DNA of 54,457 bases, filler included, from Sluysia triapertura (taxonomy: Eukaryota): assembly GCA_046118255.1 (NCBI GenBank). It is 4 parts of 4 records of this genome, joined end to end, with 100 filler letters (N's around TTAATTAATTAA, not from the genome) between each part and the next. Parts side by side here need not be neighbours in the genome. Positions count along the whole stretch, not along the records: positions 12,344 to 26,957 come from JBJNIA010253414.1; positions 27,058 to 41,961 come from JBJNIA010244654.1; 2 more parts are not named here. The stretch is one strand, 5' to 3'. This document shows positions 24,361-38,132 of the stretch, in pieces. Under the pieces are notes generated by a model. It had not been told where the DNA came from and did not search any database. It worked only from the letters and a program-made list of their open reading frames with translations. Positions within the stretch are counted from its first letter, which is position 1; the number at the start of each line of letters is the position of its first letter. The position numbers and the translations under genes were made by a program.

Positions 24361-26875
24361 TGTCTGATTAGTTCTGATTCATGAAGCTATATTGGTTCTA
24401 ACTTCTATTTACTCTTCTTGATTACAAAATTTTTAGCTTTATTTGGCTAAATTATTTTCGTTTATTTCTTGAAAGGTGTTATTGTACATTGAATGCAACA
24501 AATTATTACAATTCATTTTCTCACTAAAATTTAATACCAAAACACAATAAAAGAAAAGTACAACAAATAAAATAAGTTATTACAAAGGTTATCACCTCAT
24601 TGCCATTCTTTTAAATTTTGTTTAAGATTTTGTTACTAGCGTATGTATATTTTATCTTTTCGCTTAAGGAAGAGTAAACCTTAACTATAAAAAGCTTAGG
24701 TAATTACTGACACTGGATGAAGAAAAAATGTTAATAATTTACAAGAAAGGTATTATTAAAATCGTGACCTTAAGTAGTTCATAAATGATATATTGTCGGT
24801 GTTTTTTGGTACAATATCTTCAGTACCATTTAGCTCTGGATAAATAATAATAACGAATTTGATATTTTAATATATTTAATCGAAATTAACTCAAGCTTGC
24901 GTGTGTAGTTTTAGTTAATTTGCCTATTACTTTAATATTCATTTTTATTATTTTGTGATTATCTGGATTTATTAGTATTTGTGCTTTCTAGGCAATTAAA
25001 ACCAATTTATTCATATTATTATTATCATTATTATTATTATTAATTTTATTATTATTAATTTAAAGTGTTGCTTTAAAATGTTATTATACATGCCAGGACG
25101 TATATGTTTGAATGAATCTTTCAATTTAAAAAAAAATAATAAACTAAAAAATAAAATAAATCATAAAATCCCGGTACATCTCTTAATAAATGTGACACAT
25201 TTTTACTTACCTTTGTTATTAATTGTATTAGCTAATAAATATTATATAAAAGTTTTATTTAGATTTTTAGGAGAATATTAGACTCACTCATACTCAATTT
25301 AGCATTTCTATATATACATGCCAATCAAGAGACGAGTTATAGTTTTGGAAAAAATATATACAAAATTTATAAATTAAAATCAGAGAATAAAGAAAGTTAA
25401 ACATTAAAATCTTCAAAAAATTTGGTAATATTAATAAATAACTTCACATTTTATAGATAAAACCTACAATAACATTACTTTCAAATGTTGATATTGAAAA
25501 ATGCCTACATGCACATACAAATTCACATAAAACTGATTAAATGACTAACTTCAGACTGATTGTCAATTCCATTTAACCAATGATTTAAATAATATCGTTA
25601 TTCAAATGTAATATTTTATTTTTATTAAGAATTACTAAATTTCTAAAAAGAAATATTTTAAAAGACGCTGTTTATGTTAGTTAGTTGTATAGAAAAATTT
25701 TGATTTTCTCGATTTCACAAACTTTTATAAGATAGAAGTTTTAGCATGTGTACTAAAATTTTGAATTCTGCGAAATTTAAGATTGTTTATTCTCAGTCTA
25801 AGAGTTTTATGTAATACAAGTCAAAGTTCCTATATAAACTGATAAAATATTTAAATATTTGTTAATTTTGGTAAATATTAATAAATTTTTAAAGACACGA
25901 ATAATATCATTTAACTTTAATCTTTAAATGTGTTACTGATCTGCATCATTCCATTTGTTTTAATTTATGATTTTAAATATTACAAATTTAATGAATGTGC
26001 TGTGTATTTTATTTAGTTTTATCTACCTTTGCAAAATAATTTCGAAGGGCTAGCCTAGAGTAAACTTCCTAAAAAGAGAGGAGTCTATGGGATTTAAAGA
26101 GGTAATTGTAAGAATAATTGTACTAAAGATTGATACTATGGTCAGATCAGATCAGTATAATACTAAATTGTAATATATGTTTTCAACAATGAATGTGTTT
26201 CACAATGTATAAGTCTTGGCTCTATTAACTCAAATTCTTTTTATCCTATAAAGTAACTAAATGAAGATGTAAATGATTGAATAAGTAAAATCGGAAAACT
26301 AATATATTATACTTAATGTAACATAAGTACTTCAATAATTACACACATAGAATACATAATGTTTAAAAAATATTAAGATTACCCTTAATATTGACTTTGT
26401 AATTTTAACAGGATTTTAATGCTACCAATAAAATAGCAAAACAAATAAGGTAAATACTTATAAAATGCGCGAAAATAGAATCAATGTTGTTCCACATCAA
26501 TCTTGAGAGAAAATCTACAAAATTTAGTAGTAGAATTTCGAATAATATTGAGTCAATTAATTTCTACTATTTTCTATTGTCTCGTTACTTTATATACTAT
26601 TCCACAAAAATTATATTACTACAATAATGATATCTAAAACAATTATTTCTTTTATTATTTCAAAACCATTATTTCTATAATAATAATTAAATGATCATTT
26701 CAATAATTATTCCAGATATTACAACAATTAAAATAATTATAATATTCGTAATTAAAACTTTAATATTTTGAAAATAATTATTTTTTTACAATTGTTTTAA
26801 TACTTTACAAATGTTTTAAAGACAGCGTATTTAACTACTGTATACTCATACAGATTTATTTATATTTGTTTTATA

Positions 26876-26957
26876 CTCCATCTGTCCGAAAATAAGAGTC
26901 CCATTTCATGCAAAAATTTGTCCGAAAATAAGAGTCCCATTTCAATTTTACTGTGAT
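26876..26957 (+). mobile_element. End of a Tc1/mariner-type element with a Stowaway-like TIR
   Basis: TA|CTCCATCTGTCCGAAAATAAGAGTCCC, with a perfect 26-bp direct repeat (26883-26908, 26919-26944); runs into the contig end. Confidence 0.6.
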
Positions 26958-27057
26958 NNNNNNNNNNNNNNNNNNNNNNNNNNNNNNNNNNNNNNNNNNN
27001 NTTAATTAATTAANNNNNNNNNNNNNNNNNNNNNNNNNNNNNNNNNNNNNNNNNNNN
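26958..27057. other. Artificial contig linker
   Basis: N44-TTAATTAATTAA-N44. Confidence 0.97.
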
Positions 27058-27689
27058 ATGGTTATTAGCATTATTTGAATATTATTATGTTTATGATTTA
27101 TGAGATTTATGTTGTGCTTATGACTTGTTTGATGGAGTATTTAGTAAATAATTGTTATAAATTGTTTGGAATGAATGTAGTGGTTTATTGAGTTGGAATT
27201 GTTTGAGATATAGTTTGTTTTGTTTTTGAATATAAGTTGATGAAATGTTATAATTGTTGGAAAAATGTATTTTAATGAGATTTGGTTTGCAGCTGTTGTA
27301 TGTAAATTTTGCGTTATAAATGTTGACCACTACAGTACAAACGTTCCAAACAATACAATCATTAATCTAACAAATTTTAATCTATGTATTTTTCATGATT
27401 AAAATATTTTGTAATAAATTTATGTTTGTATCATGATGTTCTTAAAAAAAGAAACTAATCACGATTTATTAAAATTAAATTTATTTAATTTGATAAATAG
27501 TTTAAAGATAAATTTTAATTCAACTCTCATCAATTTTGATAAACTTAATGAAAATGTGAATCAAATAAAAACAACTATATTTCATTTACTTCCAAGCTTA
27601 TAACATGTGCTATAATATGCTATAATTCGTTTTCTCAAAAAATGAAACTATTAATCATAAAAAATAAGTATAATTTACAAATTTTTTAG

Positions 27690-28184
27690 TCTTCTAAAAG
27701 CGAGCAAGTGCAACCAGTAAATCAAAGTGAAAATACACCAAAAGGTGATGATCAATCTACTGCAAATACAAATAGAATATTTGAAGATGAATCAATTCGT
27801 CAACATTTAGATTTTATTGTTGAACTAGGATTTTCTAGAGAAGTTGCACAACAAGCATTAGAAATGAATGATTATGATCCTACTCAAGCTGTAACTTCTT
27901 TGTTTAATTCTGATACTCCAACAGGCCACTTGTTTGGTGAAGGTATTCTTAATTCAGGTACTGTACCTGTTGTTACACCTTTGATTTCGAGAACTGGTAC
28001 AACACAAAATAAAAACGATACAAATGATAATCCGAATATTTCCGAATATTTTAAAGTAATGATAAATGAAAAAAAAGAGCAAGAGGTAGATGAAATTGAG
28101 AAGGATAATGAAATTATAAAACAAGAGATGCGAAAGAATTTTCTTATCAATTTATTTAGTTTACATAAAGATAAAGGTGTAGGG
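27690..28184 (+). CDS. HUWE1: HUWE1 exon (UBA domain)
   Basis: tttttag acceptor, gttagt donor, 165 codons, phase 0/0; LDFIVELGFSREVAQQALEMNDYDPTQAVTSLF is a UBA domain. Confidence 0.75.
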
Positions 28185-28227
28185 GTTAGTTTATTAATAT
28201 ATTGATTTATTCAATTTCTTTTTACTA

Positions 28228-28758
28228 CCGTGTTTCTTCGAAAATAAGATGATTTAAATTTAAGACTACTAAAATAAGCCTAAAATAAGTCAATGAGACG
28301 GCGTTCAATGTATTCTGGTTCATTTTCTGACTGTGACTGACTATAACAAGATTCTGATTGTGATTCACTTTCAGACAATCCTTCATATAAGATTTTATTA
28401 GCAATTACCAAAGCATTTCTCCCTTGTCACATAATATCCTTGAGAATTACTTAAAATAATGAAATTAGTTAAATGAAAACTTTGGAATCCAGTGACTTGC
28501 AAAAGATATTCCAGAGGATGATGATATGGCCATTTTTGAATGATTTTTAGTTAGTGGTTTTTAAACATAAAACGTGTATTCATTAGTAAATGTAGATTTG
28601 TTTTCATGTTCTTTGTATATTTAGAAATTTCATAATTCTTTACTTTGTAACATTGTTTTTTGATAGATGAAAATAGGACACAGTCAAAAAATAGGCCCTG
28701 GTGTCATAGTTTGGAATGAAAATTAATATAAGCTTTGTCCTATTTTCGGGAAACCCGG
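28228..28758. mobile_element. Non-autonomous pogo/Tc2-like element in a HUWE1 intron
   Basis: TA on both sides; left CCGTGTTTCTTCGAAAATAAGA vs right (reverse complement) CCGGGTTTCCCGAAAATAGGA. Confidence 0.7.
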
Positions 28759-29478
28759 TATTGATCGATATTTTATTATTTAATCGTTAGCATATTTTAA
28801 CCAAATCACGAAAATCAATCAAAATATAAATTTTATAGCCAGATTCAAGTTTTGTTTCATTTAGTTTAATAAGATAATTGTTACATTTACTGTAAATATT
28901 GCAAGTAAAATATTGACATCAGTTTTAATGAATGGATTAATATTCCTACTAAACAGCAATATTTTCACTAATTTTATAATCTTGCTTGAGATTCAAGACT
29001 GAAGTAGTTTTAGTTTTATTTATAACTTTTTAATCAATTCCTAATTTTTCAATGTCAACGATTATTTTATTGCGGCTTGCTGAAAAATATATTAACTGCA
29101 TAGGAAAGACCAATGTTTATTTGATCCCTTGTGTATTGAATATTTGGCTATTTAATAAAAGTAAAAAATGTTATCTTTTTGTGATATATTGCATAACAAA
29201 TATCTATGGCATTATTTACTTAATAAGTGTACTAACATCTGTCATTTATTTATGCATTAAGTAATTGTATTTACAGCGTTAATGAATGAGAAATGTGACA
29301 CAATGCATAAATCAGTCAATTTTTAAAATGTATTACTGTTGCTTATTGTTATGGAAATAATATGTTATATTTATAGCGTTTTGGTGCGGTATTAAATTAA
29401 ATGCGTCAAGTGCATATTGCTTCTACTAAATATTTTTCATTAGCTTACAAAAACATGAATGATTTCATTTTAATTTAG

Positions 29479-30000
29479 ATATTTGGTAGAATGGTTGATA
29501 TTTTATTATTAACTGGTGAAATAGAAGAATTTCTACAAAAAATTCTCTCAGAAGATAGTTGCTATTTCTTATTACCAAAGGATGATGATTATTTGGCATC
29601 GTTGCGATTATTATCGAAATCAGTCGATGCATTCTCATCAGATGGTAATAATGAGAATTGTTGTAAAACAATTTCCGGTGGTAACATTGAACATTCCCCA
29701 ATCGGTTTACATTTGCTCACTTTATTGTACAGCAAAATTCGTTTCCAATTAACATGCTGTTTCGATCAACATAATATCGTAACAAGATTACTTAAAATGA
29801 CTCACACTTTATTAAAATGTCTTTTTGTACCAGACAGTTTACAATCACAAACGTCAAATACCGTTCCCATTACTTCTACTTCTACTTCATCTACTGTGCC
29901 AAATGTTTATAATTTTATGTCTGAAAATATTAAAAATACAATTATCAAACATTTAACTCAATTGTGGTTAATTTTGGATCAATATCACCGTAATTCTGAA
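29479..30000 (+). CDS. HUWE1: HUWE1 exon (between UBA and WWE)
   Basis: aatttag acceptor, gtatgt donor, 174 codons, phase 0/0, in frame with both neighbours. Confidence 0.7.
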
Positions 30001-31616
30001 GTATGTTATTTATTTTCAATCATAGATATAAAATTCAAAAATTTAATGTAGATGAATGAGATGCATAAATTTAAGTCTCAAACTATAAAATATACTTTAG
30101 AACGAAGTTTAAATTAATAAGTCAAGCAGTGAAATAAATGAAGTAAAAGTAATATTCAAAGCTCAAAAAATCATTTAAACATTATTTAGTTATTATCACT
30201 AATAACATATTTTACTATCGTAGACAGTTTTTATCATGTTTTGAGATACAATTATGTCTGCATAATTGCATAATTATTCTTTATATTAATTATAGCTTAC
30301 GTTTATATTTTGTTTTAATCCCGAAGCATAACTACATAAGTTATATCAAATGTGATTATTATATCAGTTATTTATGTAAGGAATGTAACATTTTTCGATG
30401 GAATTTTAAACAATCAACTTGAGCCACGTACACTTTAATTTCATCTAAAATTGTTCTTTTACCTAAGTCACTTGCTGGATATTAAATATTTCATAATTTT
30501 TTAGCACCAATCAAATTTTGAGATTTTGTCTTAAAATAGACAGGTTTACTAAAATAATGAAAATATATCAAAACTCGTTGGATATTGTTATAATAATCAT
30601 ATAACAAGATAATTTTCCAAATTTTTCAGTATTTTAAGAACATCCTGTTTTGGATTATGAAAAATTAAATTATAAATGCACTTCAACTTGAAATTAATAA
30701 AATAAATATTTTGTTGAAAATTGTTGATCATTTTTCAAAACCACAAATAATGAAGTTTATTGCAATCAGGAGATAATAATTTGTTATTGCACTATATTCG
30801 ATATTAGAAACTTATTTTTACAAAATATCATGGACATGCTACGCATATCCTAAACAATACAATTTTTCTTGAAAGAAACATCATTATCCATAAAATTTTC
30901 ATTAATATTCTTTCTGTATTTAAATATTGAAGTTTATGGGATTTAATCAAATGATTTCCGATTCTTATTAAAAGTTAATTATGCTTATGCTTATGATTAT
31001 ATGGTATCATAAAACAGTATACGCATATAAGTTTTCATTTCGAACACATTAAATCACATTCAATATCTACCATCATATAACACCTAAATCACTTACTAAA
31101 TCCTATACTATTCTATAAAACATTCAATATAACTTACAAAATGTGTCGTCATCGTTATCATTATCAGTGCCATATTATTGCATAATTTGTTCACTTCCGT
31201 AGCTTGAGAAGAAAATCTTGTACCGCAGTCAATAGAAATTTTTCTTATGAAATAACTTTAAATGGCATTGGTTTTTTTAACTGCGAAAAAGTACTGCAAC
31301 ACCTTATCGAAAACTGATAAGGTAGACACGCCACACATTTTCAAAGCCTACTACTGATAAATGTATTTTATGTATTTACTACATATAAACCTTATTCATC
31401 AACATTATTTTTAAATTGATAAAATTTATTTTCCTTTTATTGCATGGTAAAGTCTACGTGCAAAATTGGAACTCATCGGTCACAAGTGATGAATTTACTT
31501 TCAGATCACCAAATGGACGTTATTTTAAGTTGAATAACGAAAATAGTCCTTGTAACATGGTTAAAGTTTATATGAACATATCAATTAAAAAGCGTTTCAA
31601 CTATTGTTATTTTTTT

Positions 31617-31669
31617 TCAACTTCTAGTTCTCTTTCAGGGTTTGGGTTCAAATCCCACTTCTAAGACCA
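31617..31669 (+). pseudogene. 3' half of a tRNA-Leu(CAA)-like sequence ending in CCA
   Basis: TCAACTTCTAG...GGGTTCAAATCCCACTTCTAAGACCA resembles tRNA-Leu TCAAGTTCTGG...GGGTTCGAATCCCACTTCTGACA(CCA); no recognisable D-arm. Confidence 0.55.
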
Positions 31670-32866
31670 TTTTAGTGACTTGTAGTCAGTGTTTTAAATC
31701 TTAATGTTACTAATTTTGTTGAAAAGATTGATGACGCCTTGATGATGTTGAAAATTATTCATTTGATTGTTTAATTTATAATTTTGAATTATTTCTCGAA
31801 TTTACATCATTTAATCTATAATAGTATTTAAGGCATTTTAAATTATTGTATGTTTAAGTATAAGATATTGTGTTGGATTTTCGAAACTTACATTTTGTAA
31901 CTTATTTTCAAACGTTAGAGAGTATTACATTCAAACATTCAACATTTTTTCTAATACTTTGTATTTTAAACATTTTCTAACCATAAAGAACATTACATTG
32001 TATTTTTTAAGAATCATTTATTATTTAATATCTGATTACCATTTCGATTATTTTCAAATATGTGATTAATGTATTTTCAATCACTTATAAACAAACATTT
32101 CATTAAGATAAAGTATAATATTATTCCTATTAGAGCATTATTAAATATGTCCAAACATTTGATTTATTCGGACATTCGATTGTAACAAGAATTTAAAGAG
32201 ATGTTAATTAAAGAATAGTTAATATTAACATTGAGTATTTTATTGCTTTACACTATCATTCAGTTTAACTCCCGCATTTATATTCAAATCGTGATGAACA
32301 AAACAATATAAAACATTAATATATTCGACCAGTTCATACAAAAATAATTTTTACTTGAGGTGTTACTATGCGATAGAAAAAATATCCCATCGTATAGTTA
32401 TGAATATCACGAATCATGCTGTTTTTTAAAGTTAGCAATGTTTATAAATGTTTATAGTTAATTCAAATTAATATTTGAATTTTTTTATCAATCATATATA
32501 AATAGTTAATTGTTAACAGGAAATTACTATTCGAATGTTACGAAATTTATAATATTAAATATAATATGCATATTATAACATTAAATATAATATGCATGTA
32601 ATATATTAAATGTTTTTTTATACGCCTATATGTAAATATTTTTAAAATACTTATACGAACTGTTTTTTATTTTTGAAACTAATCAATTTTATTAATAAAG
32701 TATTATTGAAATAATTTTCATTCTATATTAAGTAGGTTTAAAGCTTTGATACTTATTATGATATTTCCACAAAATAATAATCTGAGTTTATAGTATTTAC
32801 TTATAAGTCAACGAAAACACTTATAAATATGAAAAGTTCAATAAGTACTTATTACTTTATGTTTAG

Positions 32867-33127
32867 GCTCTGCGTCTTCGAAGAGATGTGATATTAGAAT
32901 ATCGAGGTAGCAATACGTGGTTTTGGTTAGATGAACATCGCGGTAGTTGGAATTCTTGTAGTTTATCAGTTATAAATCGTAACTATCGAGACGGACATTT
33001 TAAGTCAACTTTCAGGCTAGGTGGTCACCAGTATTCAGTAAATTTTATGACAATGATTAAGAAAAATGAAAATAGTTCCATAGAACATCCCGTGATGTTG
33101 TTGCCGTCATCATATCAACAACGAGAA
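32867..33127 (+). CDS. HUWE1: HUWE1 exon (WWE domain)
   Basis: WFWLDEHRGSW...FRLGGHQYSVNFMTMIKKNENSSIEHPVML matches the HUWE1 WWE (WRWFDDRSGRW...F.AG.R.Y.V.F.TM.Q.NE.....RPVML); 87 codons, phase 0/0. Confidence 0.85.
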
Positions 33128-34558
33128 GTTCGTTCATTAATGCTTTTCTTAAAAAAATTCAGCTAAATTAAAAAAGCGATATTTTTAATGTGCTTTTTGC
33201 TTAATCACATTTGAAGAATAATGTAATTTTGTAAATTTCTTAATTAATTTTTATTTTGATTAAAATTCAAATACAATTATCTAGTTAACGTCTTTGAACA
33301 TTACAATTGTTTTTAAAAATTTTTCTATTAAATAATTGTTAAAAATTAAAAATTAATTAACAAGATGTATTGATTTTTAAATTATTTTGTTTCGGCCAAG
33401 CCTAACTAATAAGGCGAAGGTTTTGGAGTTGATCGATTTTACTATTATAATATTATTGATTATCATTATTAAAATTGTTTGACATTGTTATTTTATTAAT
33501 TTTTTAATTATTACAAAATTATTATATTGTTATTTTGCATTATTGAGTCGTTATTACAGTCGCACTATTAACAAATGCATTTTACAATGGACATTATTTA
33601 AATAATTTTTATATTAGAGAATTTCAAAAATCATGTCAAATTAAAGTGACAAAAAATTTTTAATTTTCTAAAAAATTAGTTCATATATTTTACGGAAATA
33701 ATTTATACATTTAAACATATAAAATTCAAATGATGCAATAATTTGCTAGAAAATGTAATGAATTTTAACTTTTGCAACGCTATTTCCTATCACAATTTTG
33801 TTTATACCTATTTGGACCAAAAAGTGTTTATTTAGATTTAGGATGAACTGAAAAAAAGTCAAAAAATGAATTGAGAAAAAAATAATTAAACTTAGAAAAT
33901 AATTTCAAATTAAATGTTAAAAGAAACCGATTCATCGGACGAAGAAGAAACATAACTTACAGTGAAGGGAAAAAAATACATGATTGGAAAAGTTTTGAGT
34001 TTTTATTTCCTGGAAAAATAGCTGTCCGAGTTTAACTAAAACATCATTGTTAACTAAATAAAAAAAGAAGTAAAATTTATTCTTAAAATTGTAACAATTT
34101 ATTTATGCTAATATTTTTTTAATGAATTATTTTTTTACCTTATTTTAAATTTTAATGATTTATTCATATTAGCTAGTAAGTCAAACTGACTCAATAATTA
34201 AATTTTCTCAATCTCACCAATTTAATGAAATCATTTATGTTAAGGTCAAGTCAATGAATCATGATTATGAAATCGCATTTTCATATTATGATACTACATT
34301 GTAGCTTATACTTCAATTTAGTATTTATTTAATCATTATATTTTTTTATTAAAAAGTATCTACACTTTATCTTTAATAAACCTTTAACTATAAAACCTGT
34401 TTTCTTCAAGTACTACTCGAAAACTGAAGTATAGTGGAAATTGAAATATTCAATGATTTCGAATATATTAATAGGTTCGATAAATTTAATGTCACAAAAA
34501 TCTACTGATACAATGTTTATTTAAATAATATGTTCATTTGATATTTCTATTATTTCAG

Positions 34559-34963
34559 CTAGAGCAGCAGGCAGCATTAACACCCTATGAACACAGAATC
34601 TTACTTAACATACCAAAAGGTATCAATTATGACAAATGTCATTGCATTATCCATGATCTTATTTTATTTTTAACTCATATTGATCTTATTGATTCTGATC
34701 CATATTGGGAATGTGTACAAGCAGCCTGTTGCTTTCTCATACGGTTATGTAATCGTAATCAATGTACCAAACAAGTAACAACATCAACAACAGTTAAAAC
34801 GGAATTATCAAAAGAAGTACCGCAAATTACATATGAAATACCAAATATTAGTTCCTATTCATATCCTGATTTTCGGAAAGTCATACCAGCTTTATGTTGT
34901 TTGCCACATATGGAAAAGTATAGGTCTCATTTGATGACGTATATTATGATACTAATTAGACAA
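34559..34963 (+). CDS. HUWE1: HUWE1 exon
   Basis: atttcag acceptor, gttcgt donor, 135 codons; A...L.RL motif; ends ILIRQ, joining the next exon to give the HUWE1-like L.R...E....LRHT..K. Confidence 0.7.
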
Positions 34964-35869
34964 GTTCGTAGATTTTTTATTTCAATAATATTTCTTATTT
35001 ATATTGTTTATTTGAAACTCTGAAACAATAGTGCTTATAACTGATGATGTAAACTGTTTATTTAACGTTAATATGATATTATAATTTTTAATTTAAATCG
35101 TTTATGGGAATATCTTTTCTAAGTATTTATGTGCGATTTTAACACTTTGATATCTTGCATTTTTCAGACGTTCAAATTCAAAATCAAATCTTTTGCATTC
35201 ATATAAATTGTTTTCGTGAAATATTGATCACTTTTTGAAATGAATTTTTAGGAAAAAATTGAAAATTTCTTTTTATTTTAAGAATTTAAGTCGATTGCTT
35301 ACTGTATGTTTTAAATTTAAGGTAAAGCAATAAAAGAAATAAGCCATAGTCGAACAAGCTTTGCGATATTTAACAGGACTGGGCAAATTACATGCCTGCA
35401 TTATTTTTCTGTTTGAACGTATTTTCGGTTTATATTTGAAAAGCATTTTTGAATGTACGAGAATTATAAAATTTATAAATTTATGTTGCATTTCAATTCG
35501 TAATTTATTTTTTAAAATAAAAAATCAAAATTTATTAAGTTTTTTCAAAATTATGAAATATAAGGTTTGTTGATTGAGATTATTTGTGAACATTCCTTTT
35601 AAATTAATTAAAATGAATAAAAATTCACAAAAACTCCTTAATCTATTTACAATTAACACGATTATATTAAATAATTTTAAATTTTCCATAATATACCATT
35701 GCATACAGTTGCAGGTCCCAAGATCTAAATCAAAATACATAAATGATAACAATTCGTTGTAAAATTTATAATTATTACTTTATTTGATTCAGCGTCATTA
35801 ATTTCTCGCGTTGACTTTGTATTCGAGTAATTGTCGGTCTTGAGTTGTTATACTGGATAATAATGCTGG

Positions 35870-36911
35870 TTCCTGAAGTTGATTGATAGTATGCGCGAAT
35901 CTACACCTATTTCCAAATTTTAGGCATTGTCCATTCTGATGAGATCTGTAAGCGCAGAGTATGTGATACATATTGACAGCACGGGTAATGTTGATTTCGA
36001 GATTAAATTGCTAATTTGTACATTGTCATTATTTTGATCATCAGTGGTTGACTCGTGCACATAATTCACCACCATTCTGTCCTGCATTGATTTTTGTTTT
36101 AGCTTTTTAGATATAATTTCTTTTGAAACATCATAGATCTTTTCGTCGAAAATATGTGAATAAATATAATTGAGAATCTCATCAATTTTTTTAGCATATT
36201 TACGTACAGGTATTTCTATGGTTCATTGTTATAATCGTTGTTTGGTCTATCAATTTTAATCCATTTAAATTGAAAATCATATCGATATCGCAAAGTGAAT
36301 TAGACAAATTATCGAAGACATACTTAGTTGTAACACTATCATCTAACATTTCTTGACTTACCAAAACAGATCAATTACAGTCATTTGTGCACATTATTAT
36401 GCTGTCTTGTTAAAACTAGATAAACATTATCTTTAGATTTATCCATTTTTAATTTAAAACTGCCTTGCTTGCAAGGACTTATAGAATCTCTTAAATTGCT
36501 AAGCTGATATCTAGTAACTTAACCATCTCATCAGAAACCGAGCAATGAATACTCCCAAATTATGTTTGAGATTATAGCCTTCATAATTGATATTTTTAGT
36601 AAAATATTGCTTCTAATTTTCAGTACTAGAATCATTAATATCATGTTCTTGATCATTGTTATCTGAATTTAACAAAATATTTTCGTTTGGTGGACAGGTA
36701 ATTACCATTTTTGTTATATTTATATTTATAAATTTGACTATTTGAGAAATGTAGTTCACTGTTGAGAATCGTTTTACGAAACGTTTGTCTTTTATGAAGT
36801 CTAGATAATCTCTATACTTTATCGATTTAATCATAAATAGCTCGCCTTTGGTATCATCTCGTTTGTTTAAAGATAAAATATTAATAGCCATCAAATTTGT
36901 TTCTGTTTCAT
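35870..36911 (-). pseudogene. Decayed ORF ending in an intact Cx9Cx6Cx3H finger (copy C), in a HUWE1 intron
   Basis: YHIL-C-AYRSHQNGQ-C-LKFGNR-C-RFA-H-TINQL with Cys1 to His at 35956-35891. The upstream part (including ORF 36894-36613) is broken and unrecognised. Confidence 0.7.
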
Positions 36912-36976
36912 AACAATAATAATGCTATTTTTATTTAATTGTTAATTTCTACTGCTATTGTAATTGTAACGATTTT

Positions 36977-37142
36977 TGAGTGGCTGTCCAACCAGAAGTA
37001 TAAAAATGATGAAAGTGATCACTCTGGTTGGACAGATATTAGTAAGACAAAAATTAATAGAATTGACAGACAAGCCACTATCAATGGTGACGAGAATTCG
37101 TACATAGTAATCACTAATGTCATCATTGATAGTGGTAATTAC
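36977..37142 (-). repeat. Paired inverted-repeat module
   Basis: CTGTCCAACCAGA (36984-96) / TCTGGTTGGACAG (37023-35), 26-nt spacer; CCACTATCAATGGTGAC (37075-91) / GTCATCATTGATAGTGG (37119-35), 27-nt spacer. Confidence 0.9.
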
Positions 37143-37790
37143 TGGTTAAGTGATAGAAATAAAAATTAAAAGTAATGAAAGAATAAAAATAATAATAATA
37201 ACAATGCTATTATTATTGTTATAAATACATAAATTTTTTCTACTTAAAAGAACACGATCGTTCTTTATATTCTTGACATATTAGAAGTTACGGGAATTAA
37301 AGAATTGTGATGTTATATATATATATATGCCACTAAAGCTTTGTTAATTTTAAACGAAGTAATGAAAAATTTAAAATATTTTAACGTACGCACTTGCGTT
37401 ATATAAATTAATATAGTATATAATATGACATAATGTCCATATAAATATTAAAAAATGATTGTTATTAATTACCAGTAGTCTTTGGGTTATTTGAACATTG
37501 AGTTACATGACTGTCATTTTTGTGCATTATTAATATTATATATTCGTATTTAAATCCCCAAAGCACAAATAACTCAATGATATTAATATGTGCGAAATTG
37601 TGCTACCATAATACTACGTTCTAATACCTGATTAGATTCTATTTCGACCTCACTTTCAATTTTGACATAGGTGTCATTGTTTTCTCACATATAATAATAT
37701 TATTATTATTAATTATAATTATAATCATTATTATATTTGTATAAATTTTGTACTAAATATGAAAATACAAATTATTTTTTATTTATTCAG

Positions 37791-38132
37791 CAATTCGAAA
37801 CCGATAAACTAATCCGTCATACAATAAGTAAAATATTAGACAAAGATATTTCTCGACTTAATGCCAACGATAAAAAGAACAGTGATCTATTTTATTTTGT
37901 ATGGGAAAATATTCCCCTTTTATGTCGTTCATTTGATAATACAGTAGATTTAATATTGGATAAATTAGAACTAACACAATCACCAGATTCTTTGACTACA
38001 TATCGTTGTGTAAAATCTAAAAAAGAATCAAACCTTACCAATGTTGCCAATCGTTATCCACCACTAGAAATGCTACAAATAGCTATTGTGCGTTATTTAG
38101 TCGAAAATGCTTTGTTTCATTTTATTGAAAAG
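37791..38132 (+). CDS. HUWE1: HUWE1 exon
   Basis: ttattcag acceptor, AG|gtttgt donor, 114 codons, phase 0/0; begins QFETDKLIRHTISKIL. Confidence 0.7.
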
